61,953 nt of DNA from an uncultured Thermotogae bacterium (GTDB taxonomy: Bacteria > Bipolaricaulota > Bipolaricaulia > UBA7950 > UBA9294). The notes below the pieces were generated by a model. The model was not told where the DNA came from, ran no database searches, and worked only from the letters and a program-made list of their open reading frames with translations. Numbering within the stretch: position 1 is the first letter of the stretch; each line of letters begins with the position of its first letter. The DNA lies in contig CAZKPU010000002.1 of assembly GCA_964554715.1 (NCBI GenBank), positions 1 to 61,953 of the forward strand, written 5' to 3'. The position numbers were made by a program, and so were the translations under genes. Shown here piece after piece: positions 1-9,005 of the stretch.

Positions 1-52
1 CGATCGGTTATAGTCTGCAACCGCTGAATGACGCAACGGAAGAGGGATACGT

Positions 53-1843
53 TTGTCCAGGAAGAGAATCTACGAGATAGCCAAAGAACTGGGGATTTCC
101 AGCAAAGATCTGATTGCGGCTCTGTCAGATCTGGGAATGACCGATTTGAAGGCAGCGAACTCGGTCGACGCCGAAGAAGAAGCGTTGATCGTCCAGCTGT
201 ATCAAGACAGCATTGCCGGGAAGTCGACGGAAGAAACGCCTTCCGCATCGGCGGAAGCCGAAGCGCAACGCGAGGAGCCGGCACAGGCCGAAGGTGAGAA
301 GAAGCCGGCGGCTCCGGCGGCCAAGAAGACGCTCGGTGGGTCCGGCGTGACCCGTCCTCCGATCGTTTCCGTGCTGGGACACATCGATCACGGCAAGACT
401 ACCCTTTTGGACGCGATCCGCGAATCGCAACTTGCCAGCCGTGAAGCCGGTGGAATCACCCAAGGGGTCGCGGCGTATCAGGCCGATCTCAACGGCCGCA
501 AGATCACGTTCATCGACACACCCGGGCATAAGGCGTTTACCGGGATGCGCGCTCGCGGTGCCAGCGCGACGGACATCGCCATCTTGGTTGTTGCTGCAGA
601 CGACGGCGTGATGGCCCAGACTGTCGAGGCGATCGATCATATCCGGGCCGCTGGCATTCCGATGATCGTTGCCGTCAACAAGATCGACAAGGCGAACGCC
701 GATCAAGACAAGGTGTTGAACGATCTCGTGAAGCACGGTCTTGTTCCGGAAGCCTGGGGAGGCGACACCATTTCCGTGCCGATCTCCGCGCTGACCGGAG
801 AGAACCTCGAAGAACTCATGGAGATGATCCTGCTGGTGGCCGAGATGGAGGAGCTTCAGGGCGACCCGGACGGGAAGCTTGAAGCCGTCATCATCGAGAG
901 CCACCTTTCGAGCAGCCGTGGACCCGTTGCGTCCGTCGTGGTTCGAAACGGGACGTTGCACGAGAAGGATCTTGTCGTTGCGGGCGCGACGTACGGGCGG
1001 ATCAAGGCGATGAACGACGAGCTGCGAAACCGTCTCGAATCCGTTCGGCCCGGGCAAGCGGCAGAGATCCTCGGATTGCAGGACGTGCCTGAAGTCGGCG
1101 CCTCGATCGAGGTTGTCGGGAAGCAGGCGGAAGCGAAGCGTCTTGCCCAGAAGAACCGGCTCGATGCGATGAAGCCTCGACGTGCCCAACCGCAACTGAC
1201 GCTGGAAGATCTCTTCGGTGAGCAGACAGAGGAAGCCAAGCTGACGATCGTGCTCAAGGCGGCATCCACCGGAGCGTTGGAAGCGGCGCGCCGGGAGATC
1301 GAAGCGATCGGCATCGAAGGCGTGGACGTTACTTTCCTTCATTCCGGCGTCGGGTCGATCTCCGAGAGCGATGTCCTTCTGGCTACGACCGTGCCGGAGA
1401 ACTGTTTGGTTGTCGGCTTCGGCGTGCGGGCGGACAACAACGCCGTCAAGCTTTCCGATCGCGAAGGTGTCGTGGTGCAAACCTACGACATCATCTACGA
1501 GCTTCTTGACGAGGTTGAACGAGCGATCAAGCGTCTTCTGGCTCCCGAATTTGAGGAGAAGCACGTCGGAGAAGCCGAGGTGCGCGAACTGTTCAAGGTC
1601 CCGACCGGTGTGGTTGCCGGCTGCCAGGTCATTGACGGTAAGGTCATGCGCTCGGCCCGGGTACGGGTTCTTCGCGGCAAGGAAGAGCTGTTCACCGGCG
1701 AGGTTGCCTCGCTCCGGCGGTTCGAGGATGATGTGCGCGAAGTCCAGGTCGGACGTGATTGCGGAATCCGGGTGAAGGATTTCGACGATGTTGCCGTGGG
1801 CGATCACCTCGTCTTCTTCACGTTGGAGGAAGTGGAGCGCTAG
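53..1843 (+). CDS. infB: translation initiation factor IF-2 (short form)
   Basis: [17 protein letters not shown] and NKID GTPase motifs; IF2 N-terminal [11 protein letters not shown]; C-terminal CGI motif; TTG start. Confidence 0.97.
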   Translation: MSRKRIYEIAKELGISSKDLIAALSDLGMTDLKAANSVDAEEEALIVQLYQDSIAGKSTEETPSASAEAEAQREEPAQAEGEKKPAAPAAKKTLGGSGVTRPPIVSVLGHIDHGKTTLLDAIRESQLASREAGGITQGVAAYQADLNGRKITFIDTPGHKAFTGMRARGASATDIAILVVAADDGVMAQTVEAIDHIRAAGIPMIVAVNKIDKANADQDKVLNDLVKHGLVPEAWGGDTISVPISALTGENLEELMEMILLVAEMEELQGDPDGKLEAVIIESHLSSSRGPVASVVVRNGTLHEKDLVVAGATYGRIKAMNDELRNRLESVRPGQAAEILGLQDVPEVGASIEVVGKQAEAKRLAQKNRLDAMKPRRAQPQLTLEDLFGEQTEEAKLTIVLKAASTGALEAARREIEAIGIEGVDVTFLHSGVGSISESDVLLATTVPENCLVVGFGVRADNNAVKLSDREGVVVQTYDIIYELLDEVERAIKRLLAPEFEEKHVGEAEVRELFKVPTGVVAGCQVIDGKVMRSARVRVLRGKEELFTGEVASLRRFEDDVREVQVGRDCGIRVKDFDDVAVGDHLVFFTLEEVER

Positions 1844-1852
1844 CCGAGACGG

Positions 1853-2134
1853 ATGAGAGTCGGTGTGCTTTCGCTGTCGTTACATCTGAACGGTGTGACC
1901 TCTCTGAAGGAGAAGCGCTCGATCCTGAAACGGATCATCGCCGACGTCGGGCGGACGCCGTATCTTGCGATCGGGGAATCCGGCGCTCAGGACGATTTGC
2001 GGCGCGCTGAGCTTCGGATCGCTCATATCTCTAACGACCCGCGAAGGACGCAGTCTGTGTTCGCGAAATGGACGCGAGCCCTGGAGAGGGACGATCGAAT
2101 CGACGTAGAAGCGGTTGATGTGGAGATCCTATGA
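1853..2134 (+). CDS. DUF503 (YlxP-like) protein
   Basis: MRVGVL...SLKEKRSIL signature; canonical position between infB and rbfA. Confidence 0.85.
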   Translation: MRVGVLSLSLHLNGVTSLKEKRSILKRIIADVGRTPYLAIGESGAQDDLRRAELRIAHISNDPRRTQSVFAKWTRALERDDRIDVEAVDVEIL

Positions 2135-2499
2135 GCCCGAGCAAGTTCCAGTATCGCCTCAAGGAGGAACTTAAACGCGTCCTTTCCGGGATTGTCGAGT
2201 TCGAGGCTCGGGACCCGATCATCCGCGCTGCGTTCGCGACGGTCATGGAAGTGAAGCTCTCGCCCGACAACCGGTACGCCACGGTGTATGTGGCTATAGG
2301 AGCCGGCGATGCCAACAAGGCTGAGGTGATGGAAGCGTTCCAGCGCGATCGTGGTTTCTTCCGATCGCAGCTTGCTCCACGCCTGACGCTGCGGCACATC
2401 CCCGCGCTCGAATTCCGATTGGATGAAAGCGTAGAACGCTCGATCCGCTTCGATTCTCTCTTGCATGAGGACGCTCCCGACGATGCACCTGCTGCGTAG
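2131..2499 (+). CDS. rbfA: ribosome-binding factor A
   Basis: EVKLSPD-RYATVYV and LRHIPALEFRLDES motifs; follows infB. Confidence 0.93.
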   Translation: MSPSKFQYRLKEELKRVLSGIVEFEARDPIIRAAFATVMEVKLSPDNRYATVYVAIGAGDANKAEVMEAFQRDRGFFRSQLAPRLTLRHIPALEFRLDESVERSIRFDSLLHEDAPDDAPAA

Positions 2500-3130
2500 G
2501 TCGGCGCTGGCGCTCAGGCGGGATCCGGGCCTGTTGCTGGTGTCGCTCGGGTTCATGGCCGTGCAGTACGTCACGGGGCTCAAGGCTGGCGTTCTCGACA
2601 TTGAAAGCCCCTGGTGGATCCTCACGATGGCCGTCGTCCTGCTGGGATCTCCCGTCGTACACGCCTGGCTGATCGTTCGCAGTCTCGCAGTCTTCGAGGA
2701 TCGACGGGTGGCGCTGCGACCGGTGTTCTCTCAGACGGCTCCCTGCTTCGTCCGCCTCCTTCTGGGGGAGATCGTTGTCAACGCACTGGTCGTCGGCGGG
2801 CTGGTGGTGTTTCTGGTCCCCGGGGTGTACATCGGGATCCGCCTGATCTACTACAAGCAGGCGATGATCATCGAGCGCCTCTCGCTTTCCGCGGCGCTGT
2901 TACGCAGTGCCGAGCTGACGGTGGAGTGGCGAACCGTCCTTGCGATCCTCGGGCAATCAACGCCGATCTGGACGATTCCGTTCGCCGTTGTGGCCGCCGC
3001 GACGTTCTTCGAACTCGGCATCGCCGGGGATGTGTTGATCATCCTTGGATCCGCCATCAGTTTCGCATGGGTCAACGCGCTCCTTACGATGCGCTACCGG
3101 ACGGCCATGAGCGAGGCGCCCCGTCAGTAG
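2483..3130 (+). CDS. hypothetical integral membrane protein
   Basis: several hydrophobic segments and a LFLVPGVY-type motif; overlaps the rbfA end; start could be 2465 or 2483. Confidence 0.7.
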   Translation: MHLLRRSALALRRDPGLLLVSLGFMAVQYVTGLKAGVLDIESPWWILTMAVVLLGSPVVHAWLIVRSLAVFEDRRVALRPVFSQTAPCFVRLLLGEIVVNALVVGGLVVFLVPGVYIGIRLIYYKQAMIIERLSLSAALLRSAELTVEWRTVLAILGQSTPIWTIPFAVVAAATFFELGIAGDVLIILGSAISFAWVNALLTMRYRTAMSEAPRQ

Positions 3131-3285
3131 CCTTTCGGTCTCTCTCCTGTAGGGCCGACGCGATGTGCTCTCTTCTCCCAACCGATGCCGGCCCCGGAAC
3201 GGCAGTATGACTTCGTGCGCAACCATCACCGCTTGCACATAGACCTCCAGCAAGCGGATCCCTGCAACGTGGGCAAAACACGGGT

Positions 3286-3315
3286 TTGCTGGGGTTCCGA
3301 CGGCCGCGCTACACT
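3286..3315 (+). promoter_or_regulatory. putative sigma70-type promoter of the ABC operon
   Basis: TTGCTG(3286-91)-N18-TACACT(3310-15). Confidence 0.45.
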
Positions 3316-3418
3316 GGAGACCGGTTCATTCCTGTGAAGACAGGCACGCACTGGGACGCAATCGGTCTTGTGCTCTTCGACACGCCGATTGCGGGCGAAT
3401 CGACGAAAAGGAGGCAGT

Positions 3419-4939
3419 GTGAGGAGCCAAACAAGTCGCGCATCGGGGCGGCGGATAACCCTGCTGCTTGCTGCGGTCGCGGTTCTCTCCTTGAGCACGG
3501 CAGCAACGGTCGGACAAGATGGAAGCGTTTTCCGGATGGCGGTTCAACCGATTGTCCATACCGATCCGGCGTTGATCTCGTCGGATGCGGAAGTGGCCGT
3601 TGCGAACGCCGTGTATGACTACCTGGTGGACGTTGATGCCGCCAGCCGGATCGAGCCGAGACTCGCAACGCAGTGGGAGATCAGCGAGGACGGCCTGGTC
3701 TACACGTTTACGCTGGCTGACGGTGTGTTCTTCCATGACGGAACACCGCTCGATGCCGAGGATGTCGTCTGGACGTTCAATCGTCTCCGAGATCCTGCGC
3801 TCGGCTTCGCCACCGTCGATCTGTACGCGAACATCGAGCGGATCGAAGCCATTGATGATCAGGTGGTGCGGTTCGTCCTGGTTGAGTCCAATCCGTTCTT
3901 TCTGTACGACTTGAGCGACAACCATGCTCTGGTCGTTCAGGCAGGAACGGAAGACTTTCTTGCGTGGAACGGCACCGGAGCGTTTGTCGTGGATGAGTAC
4001 TACCCCGAGGATCGGATGATCCTTGTCGGCAACCCCGACTACTTCCTCGAAGGCCTGCCGAAGTTGGATCGGCTGGAGTTCATCTTCTTCCCGGATGAAG
4101 TCGCCGCCGTCGACGCGTTGAGGGCAGGCCAGGTCGACATGGCTTGGAGGATGTCGGTGCCGCTGTTCCTGTCGCTTGCCGGAGAGTCCGGAATCCGTGC
4201 GATCGACGTGCCGACCAACGGATTCGACGTGGTTCGCCTCCGCTCGGATCGGGCGCCCGGAAACGACCCGCGGGTGATGGAAGCGCTCAAGCTTGCTACC
4301 GATCGAGACGAGATCTTCGCGCTGGTTCAGCTGGGCTTGGGCGCGGTCGGTCGTGATACCCCGATCGGACCGTTATACGTTGAGTACTACGACGGCGAGA
4401 CGGCGTTGCCGGAACGAGATGTCGTTCGGGCACGGGACCTGCTCGCACAAGCCGGGTATCCGGATGGGATCAGGCTTGAGCTCCACACGCCGGATACGGG
4501 AGGACGTCCTGATCTCGCAGTCGTTCTCAAGGAGCAATGGGCGGAAGCGGGGATCGAGGTCGACGTGAGGGTCGAGCCGGAGAGCGTGTACTACGGAGCG
4601 GATGGCTGGTTGGAGGTCGATCTGGGAATCACCGGGTGGGGTTCCCGACCGTATCCGCAATTCTATCTCGATCAGATGCTTGCCTGCGACGCCCGGTGGA
4701 ACGAATCCCACTTCTGCGATGCGGAGTTCGACCGGTTGACGGCGATCGCCGGCACAACGCTGGACGAGGAAGAGAGGATCCAAGCGTACGACGAGATCCA
4801 GCAGCTGCTGCGTGAACGGGGCCCGATCATCATCCCGTACTTCTTCGCGGCGGTTGCAGCCATCGACGAGGAGTTCGGTGGTTTCGAGCTGAAAGCGTTC
4901 CCGGGTCGAACCGATCTGCGGACCGTGTCCACGAACTAG
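3419..4939 (+). CDS. peptide/nickel ABC transporter substrate-binding protein (family 5)
   Basis: signal peptide; [33 protein letters not shown] signature; GTG start after AAGGAGG. Confidence 0.92.
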   Translation: [506 protein letters not shown]

Positions 4940-5015
4940 CACCGCCGTTCGAAGAGCTGTTGCGGCGGAGCGCCAGCGCTTCTTGCGCTCTGCCGCATCC
5001 GCGGAAAGGTGGCCG

Positions 5016-8015
5016 TTGAGCGTTCGACATCTCGTGGATGGAGTGCGGCGCTTCTTCGAGGGTTCCATGATATCGGGGGTTGCCGTAGGGGTGGTCCTCG
5101 TCTTTGTTGTCTTCGGGGTTTTCGGTCCGATCCTTGCGCCGTACTCGGCCACGGAGATGATCTCCGCCGACGCCCGCCAACCTCCCTCTTGGCAACACCT
5201 GTTCGGCACCGATCATCTCGGTCGCGATGTGTTCTCCCGCGTGGTCTTCGGCACACGCAGCATCCTTGGACTGACGGGGTCCGGCGCAGCGATCGCGGTG
5301 GTTCTCGGGACGCTCCTCGGCTTGCTGACCGGGTACGTCGGGGGATGGACGGATGAACTCATCATGCGCTTGTTCGACAGTCTGTTGGCGATTCCGGCGT
5401 TGCTATTGGCGTTGGTTCTCCTTGGAACGATCGGTCCGTCATCGAGCGGCGTTCTGATCGTGATCGCCGTTGTCTACACGCCGATTGTCGCTCGAGTGGT
5501 CCGCAGCGAAACGCTTGCCCTTCGCCGGCGTGGGTTCGTCGAAACAGCCCGATTGCAGGGAGAACCCCTCTGGCGGATCCTTGTCCAAGAGATCCTGCCC
5601 TCCGTCTTTCCCGCGCTATCGGTCGAAGCTGCGCTACGGTTTTCGTATGCGATCTTCCTTGTCGCTTCTCTCGGCTTCCTGGGTGTCGGAGTGCAACCGC
5701 CGACACCGGACTGGGGGCTGATGGTGAAAGAAGCGCGGATCTTCATCGGGCTGACGCCGTGGGCTCTCTTCTTCCCTGCAGGCGCCATCTCACTGCTCGT
5801 GATCTCCGTGAACCTCGCGGCGGATGGGATCAAGAGGGCGCTTCAGGGTGAGGAGGCCGAGCTGCGGCGTCGGGCGAAACGAAAGGTTGTCACGACAAGG
5901 GCGCGATCCGATGCGGCTTGCCGTTCCGGTGGCGCGCCGGACGTGGCGGATCCGCTTGTCCGGGTGGAGCGGCTCACGGTTTCATACTTTCGCGGTGGCA
6001 CGTGGAAGGATGCTCTGAGGAACGTGTCGCTCAGCGTTCGGGCGGGAGAGACGTACGGTCTTGTCGGGGAGAGTGGGTCCGGGAAGTCGTCCTTGGCGCT
6101 TGCTGTCGTGGGCTACCTTGCAGAAAACGGAGCCGTGCGGGAAGGGACGGTTTGCATCCACGGCCGGGAGGTCAGGCTTCACGCCCCTGCCCGGCGTAGT
6201 CGTGACATGTCGGTGGCCCTGGTCGCACAGGATGCGCTGGCGGCCTTAAATCCGTCGATTCGCATCGGCAAGCAGATCCGCGAGGTTCTCCACCGCCACC
6301 CGCATGGGAACGGGCAGGATGAAGTGAAGGAGCTCCACCGGTTGTTGCATCGGGTGGAGCTGCACGATTCGGAGAGGATCGCACAACGTTACCCCCACGA
6401 ACTGAGCGGCGGGATGCTCCAGCGGGTGGCGTTGGCGATGGCGTTGGGCATGCAGCCGACGCTTCTGGTTCTCGACGAGCCGACAACGGGGCTTGACGTG
6501 ACAACACAGGCATCGATCCTCGATCTGATGAAGGAAGTCTTGCGCTCCCGGCGCCATGCAACGCTGCACATCTCGCACGACTTGGACGTGATCTTCTCCG
6601 TGAGCGATCGGGTCGGCGTCCTGTACGCCGGCGAATTGGTGGAGGAAGCGACGGCGATGACGCTTCTCGATCGATCGTACCATCCGTACACGCGAGGGTT
6701 GCTTTCGAGCCGGCCGAGGCTCGAACGATCGACCGGCAGCCGGTCGATCCTCAGCGCGATGCCGGGGAGCGTACCGGAGCCGGGGCGGATCCCGCCGGGG
6801 TGTGTCTTTGCGGATCGGTGTCCTCTGGCTGTCGCTCGCTGTCACGCAGAGCGTCCACATTGGGAGATCGTGGAAAGGGGTGAGGCGAAACGCTTCGTGA
6901 AGTGCCATCGGTGGCAACTGCTTCGCGAGGCTCCCAGGCTTGCTCGCGATGCTCGGCAAGACAAGGGGATCGAGAAGGAAGCGGCGGGAGAGGTGCGGCA
7001 CGAACGGATCCTGTCTGTCGATCGGCTGGAGACCGTGTTCTCCTCAGGCTGGGGGCGGGGCAAGCGGGCGGGCGCGATCCGTGCGGTAGACGGGGTTTCG
7101 GTGGAGCTTGGACAGCGGGAGACACTCGGCGTCGTCGGGGAGAGCGGCAGCGGAAAGACGACGCTTCTTCGGACGATCCTCGGGTTGGAACAGGCCTCGG
7201 CCGGGAAGATTGTCTTCCTTGGATCGGATCTGGAGTCGCGCATCGCCCGGCGCTCGTTGAAGGTTCTGAAGGCTCTGCAGTTTGTGTCGCAGCATCCGGA
7301 CGAGGCCCTGAACCCGTATCGCCAAGTCGGCTCGGCACTGAAACGACCTCTGCGCCGGTTGATGCGAGTGTCGCGCCGCGATGTTCCGCTTCGAACACGT
7401 GAATTGCTCCAGGATGTCGGACTGTCGGTCGAGTTCGTCACGCGATGGCCGAGACAGCTGTCGGGCGGGGAGAAGCAACGGGTTGCGCTTGCCCGGACGT
7501 TGGCGGCCGAACCGCGAGTGATCCTCCTGGATGAACCCACTTCGTCGCTCGATGTTTCGGTCCAAGCAAGGCTGCTGAACCTTCTCTTGCGGCTTCAGCA
7601 ACAGCACGATCGAAGCATGCTGTTCATCAGCCACGACTTGTCGGTGATCGCGTATCTCGCGGACAGGATCGTCGTGATGTACGCCGGAAAAGTGATGGAA
7701 GAGGGAACGGCCCGCGATGTGCTCGATCCGCCGTACCATCCGTACACGGAGCTTCTTCTCCGTTCGATCCCTCAAGGGATGCGACCGCGGCCGCTGACGT
7801 CGGCCGTTCCCGCCGGAAAGGCTCCCGACCGGCATCCGTCGGGTTGTCCGTTTTCCTTGCGGTGTCCGTTCGCCTGGGAGATATGCCGGCGCGTTGCGCC
7901 GGATCCGCAGATCCGTTCGGTGACGCATCGTGTGTTCTGTCACCTGAATCCACAGTCGCTTCCGCGTGAGGCGATCCTCAAGGAGGCCCCCGGAAAGGAA
8001 GAACCCGATGGTTAG
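5016..8015 (+). CDS. fused ABC permease (DppC-like) plus two ATPase domains (DppD/DppF-like)
   Basis: HLFGTDHLGRDV and PPTPDWGLM permease motifs; two complete sets of Walker A (GESGSGKS/T), LSGG, DEPT and oligo-HPY motifs in one ORF; start uncertain (4983-5067). Confidence 0.9.
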   Translation: MSVRHLVDGVRRFFEGSMISGVAVGVVLVFVVFGVFGPILAPYSATEMISADARQPPSWQHLFGTDHLGRDVFSRVVFGTRSILGLTGSGAAIAVVLGTLLGLLTGYVGGWTDELIMRLFDSLLAIPALLLALVLLGTIGPSSSGVLIVIAVVYTPIVARVVRSETLALRRRGFVETARLQGEPLWRILVQEILPSVFPALSVEAALRFSYAIFLVASLGFLGVGVQPPTPDWGLMVKEARIFIGLTPWALFFPAGAISLLVISVNLAADGIKRALQGEEAELRRRAKRKVVTTRARSDAACRSGGAPDVADPLVRVERLTVSYFRGGTWKDALRNVSLSVRAGETYGLVGESGSGKSSLALAVVGYLAENGAVREGTVCIHGREVRLHAPARRSRDMSVALVAQDALAALNPSIRIGKQIREVLHRHPHGNGQDEVKELHRLLHRVELHDSERIAQRYPHELSGGMLQRVALAMALGMQPTLLVLDEPTTGLDVTTQASILDLMKEVLRSRRHATLHISHDLDVIFSVSDRVGVLYAGELVEEATAMTLLDRSYHPYTRGLLSSRPRLERSTGSRSILSAMPGSVPEPGRIPPGCVFADRCPLAVARCHAERPHWEIVERGEAKRFVKCHRWQLLREAPRLARDARQDKGIEKEAAGEVRHERILSVDRLETVFSSGWGRGKRAGAIRAVDGVSVELGQRETLGVVGESGSGKTTLLRTILGLEQASAGKIVFLGSDLESRIARRSLKVLKALQFVSQHPDEALNPYRQVGSALKRPLRRLMRVSRRDVPLRTRELLQDVGLSVEFVTRWPRQLSGGEKQRVALARTLAAEPRVILLDEPTSSLDVSVQARLLNLLLRLQQQHDRSMLFISHDLSVIAYLADRIVVMYAGKVMEEGTARDVLDPPYHPYTELLLRSIPQGMRPRPLTSAVPAGKAPDRHPSGCPFSLRCPFAWEICRRVAPDPQIRSVTHRVFCHLNPQSLPREAILKEAPGKEEPDG

Positions 8016-8952
8016 GTACGTTGTGCGCCGAAGCTTCCTCTCCATTCTTACGGTCTTGTTGACCACGATCATCCTCTTTGCGGTCACGCAAGTTCTTCCC
8101 GGCGACATCGCGCGGGTGATCCTGGGCAGGGAAGCCGGAGATGAAGCGGTGAACGCGCTTCGTGAGGAACTGGGTTTGAACGATCCATCCGTGGTGCAGT
8201 ATGGGCGATGGCTGGGGAGGTTCGCCTCCGGAGATTGGGGAACATCCTACAGCACGCAGACCGCCATCCGGCCGTTGGTTGCGGATCGATTGGGAAACTC
8301 CCTCATGCTTGCCGTCGTTGCCCTTCTGCTTGCCGTTCCCGTTTCGGTGCTGCTTGGGGTTCTTGCCGGGCTTCGTCAGCGCAGTACCGTGGATGCTGTT
8401 GTGAGCATCGGCGCGCTCTCTGTCGTCGGTTTGCCGGAATTCGTCACGGGGGTCGTGCTGATCGAACTCCTCGCACACGGGTTGCATCTGCTTCCTGCGA
8501 CCTCCTCGCTGCCTCCGGGGTCCTCGTTCGGCGAGGCGCTACCGTTCCTGTGGCTACCGGCGTTGACGGCAACGCTTGTTCTTGTGGGGTACATCTCGCG
8601 GCTGACCCGGGCCGAGGTGATCGAACAGCTCAAGCGTCCCTACATTCGAACGGCGGTCCTCAAAGGGATTCCCTACCCGCTTGTTGTTTGGAGACACCTC
8701 CTTCGGAACGCCTTGCTTCCGTCGGTCACGGTAGTCGCCATGAGCGTTTCGTGGCTGGTGGGGGGGATCATCGTGATTGAGAACGTGTTCAACTACCCCG
8801 GTGTCGGAAGGCTTCTGCTGTTTGCGATCGATCGCCGTGATATTCCTCTCCTTCAGGCGATCACGCTGGTTCTTGTCGTGGTTGTGGTCATCTCCAATAC
8901 GCTCGCGGATCTTGCGGTCGGGATCCTTGACCCGCGGACGCGATCCAAATAG
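8008..8952 (+). CDS. peptide ABC transporter permease (DppB-like)
   Basis: LPGDIARVILG, EAA-loop region (YIRTAVLKG), IENVFNYPGVG, LDPR end. Confidence 0.92.
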   Translation: MVRYVVRRSFLSILTVLLTTIILFAVTQVLPGDIARVILGREAGDEAVNALREELGLNDPSVVQYGRWLGRFASGDWGTSYSTQTAIRPLVADRLGNSLMLAVVALLLAVPVSVLLGVLAGLRQRSTVDAVVSIGALSVVGLPEFVTGVVLIELLAHGLHLLPATSSLPPGSSFGEALPFLWLPALTATLVLVGYISRLTRAEVIEQLKRPYIRTAVLKGIPYPLVVWRHLLRNALLPSVTVVAMSVSWLVGGIIVIENVFNYPGVGRLLLFAIDRRDIPLLQAITLVLVVVVVISNTLADLAVGILDPRTRSK

Positions 8953-8961
8953 GCAGCTGGC

Positions 8962-8999
8962 GCGTTGCGCCGGGCGGTGCGAGCTGGCTATAGTCGCAC
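8962..8999 (+). promoter_or_regulatory. putative promoter GCGTTGC-N16-TGGCTATAGTCGCAC (copy 1)
   Basis: TTGCGC-N18-TATAGT; near-identical to 38801-38838. Confidence 0.6.
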
Positions 9000-9005
9000 T
9001 CTACG

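Noticed and set aside
125-1807. 560-aa antisense ORF over infB
   Set aside because: Shadow ORF caused by GC-rich codon bias; no motifs and no SD.
3084-3281. Small minus-strand ORF starting MFCPRC...C...C (zinc-ribbon-like)
   Set aside because: No SD, overlaps the end of the membrane gene, and the C-terminal half looks non-coding; cannot be supported without homologs.
3325-3395. Second c-di-GMP riboswitch in the ABC leader (contains GGGACGCAA)
   Set aside because: Lacks the GGCAAA...TTGCC P1 in the right order; kept only as a generic structured leader.
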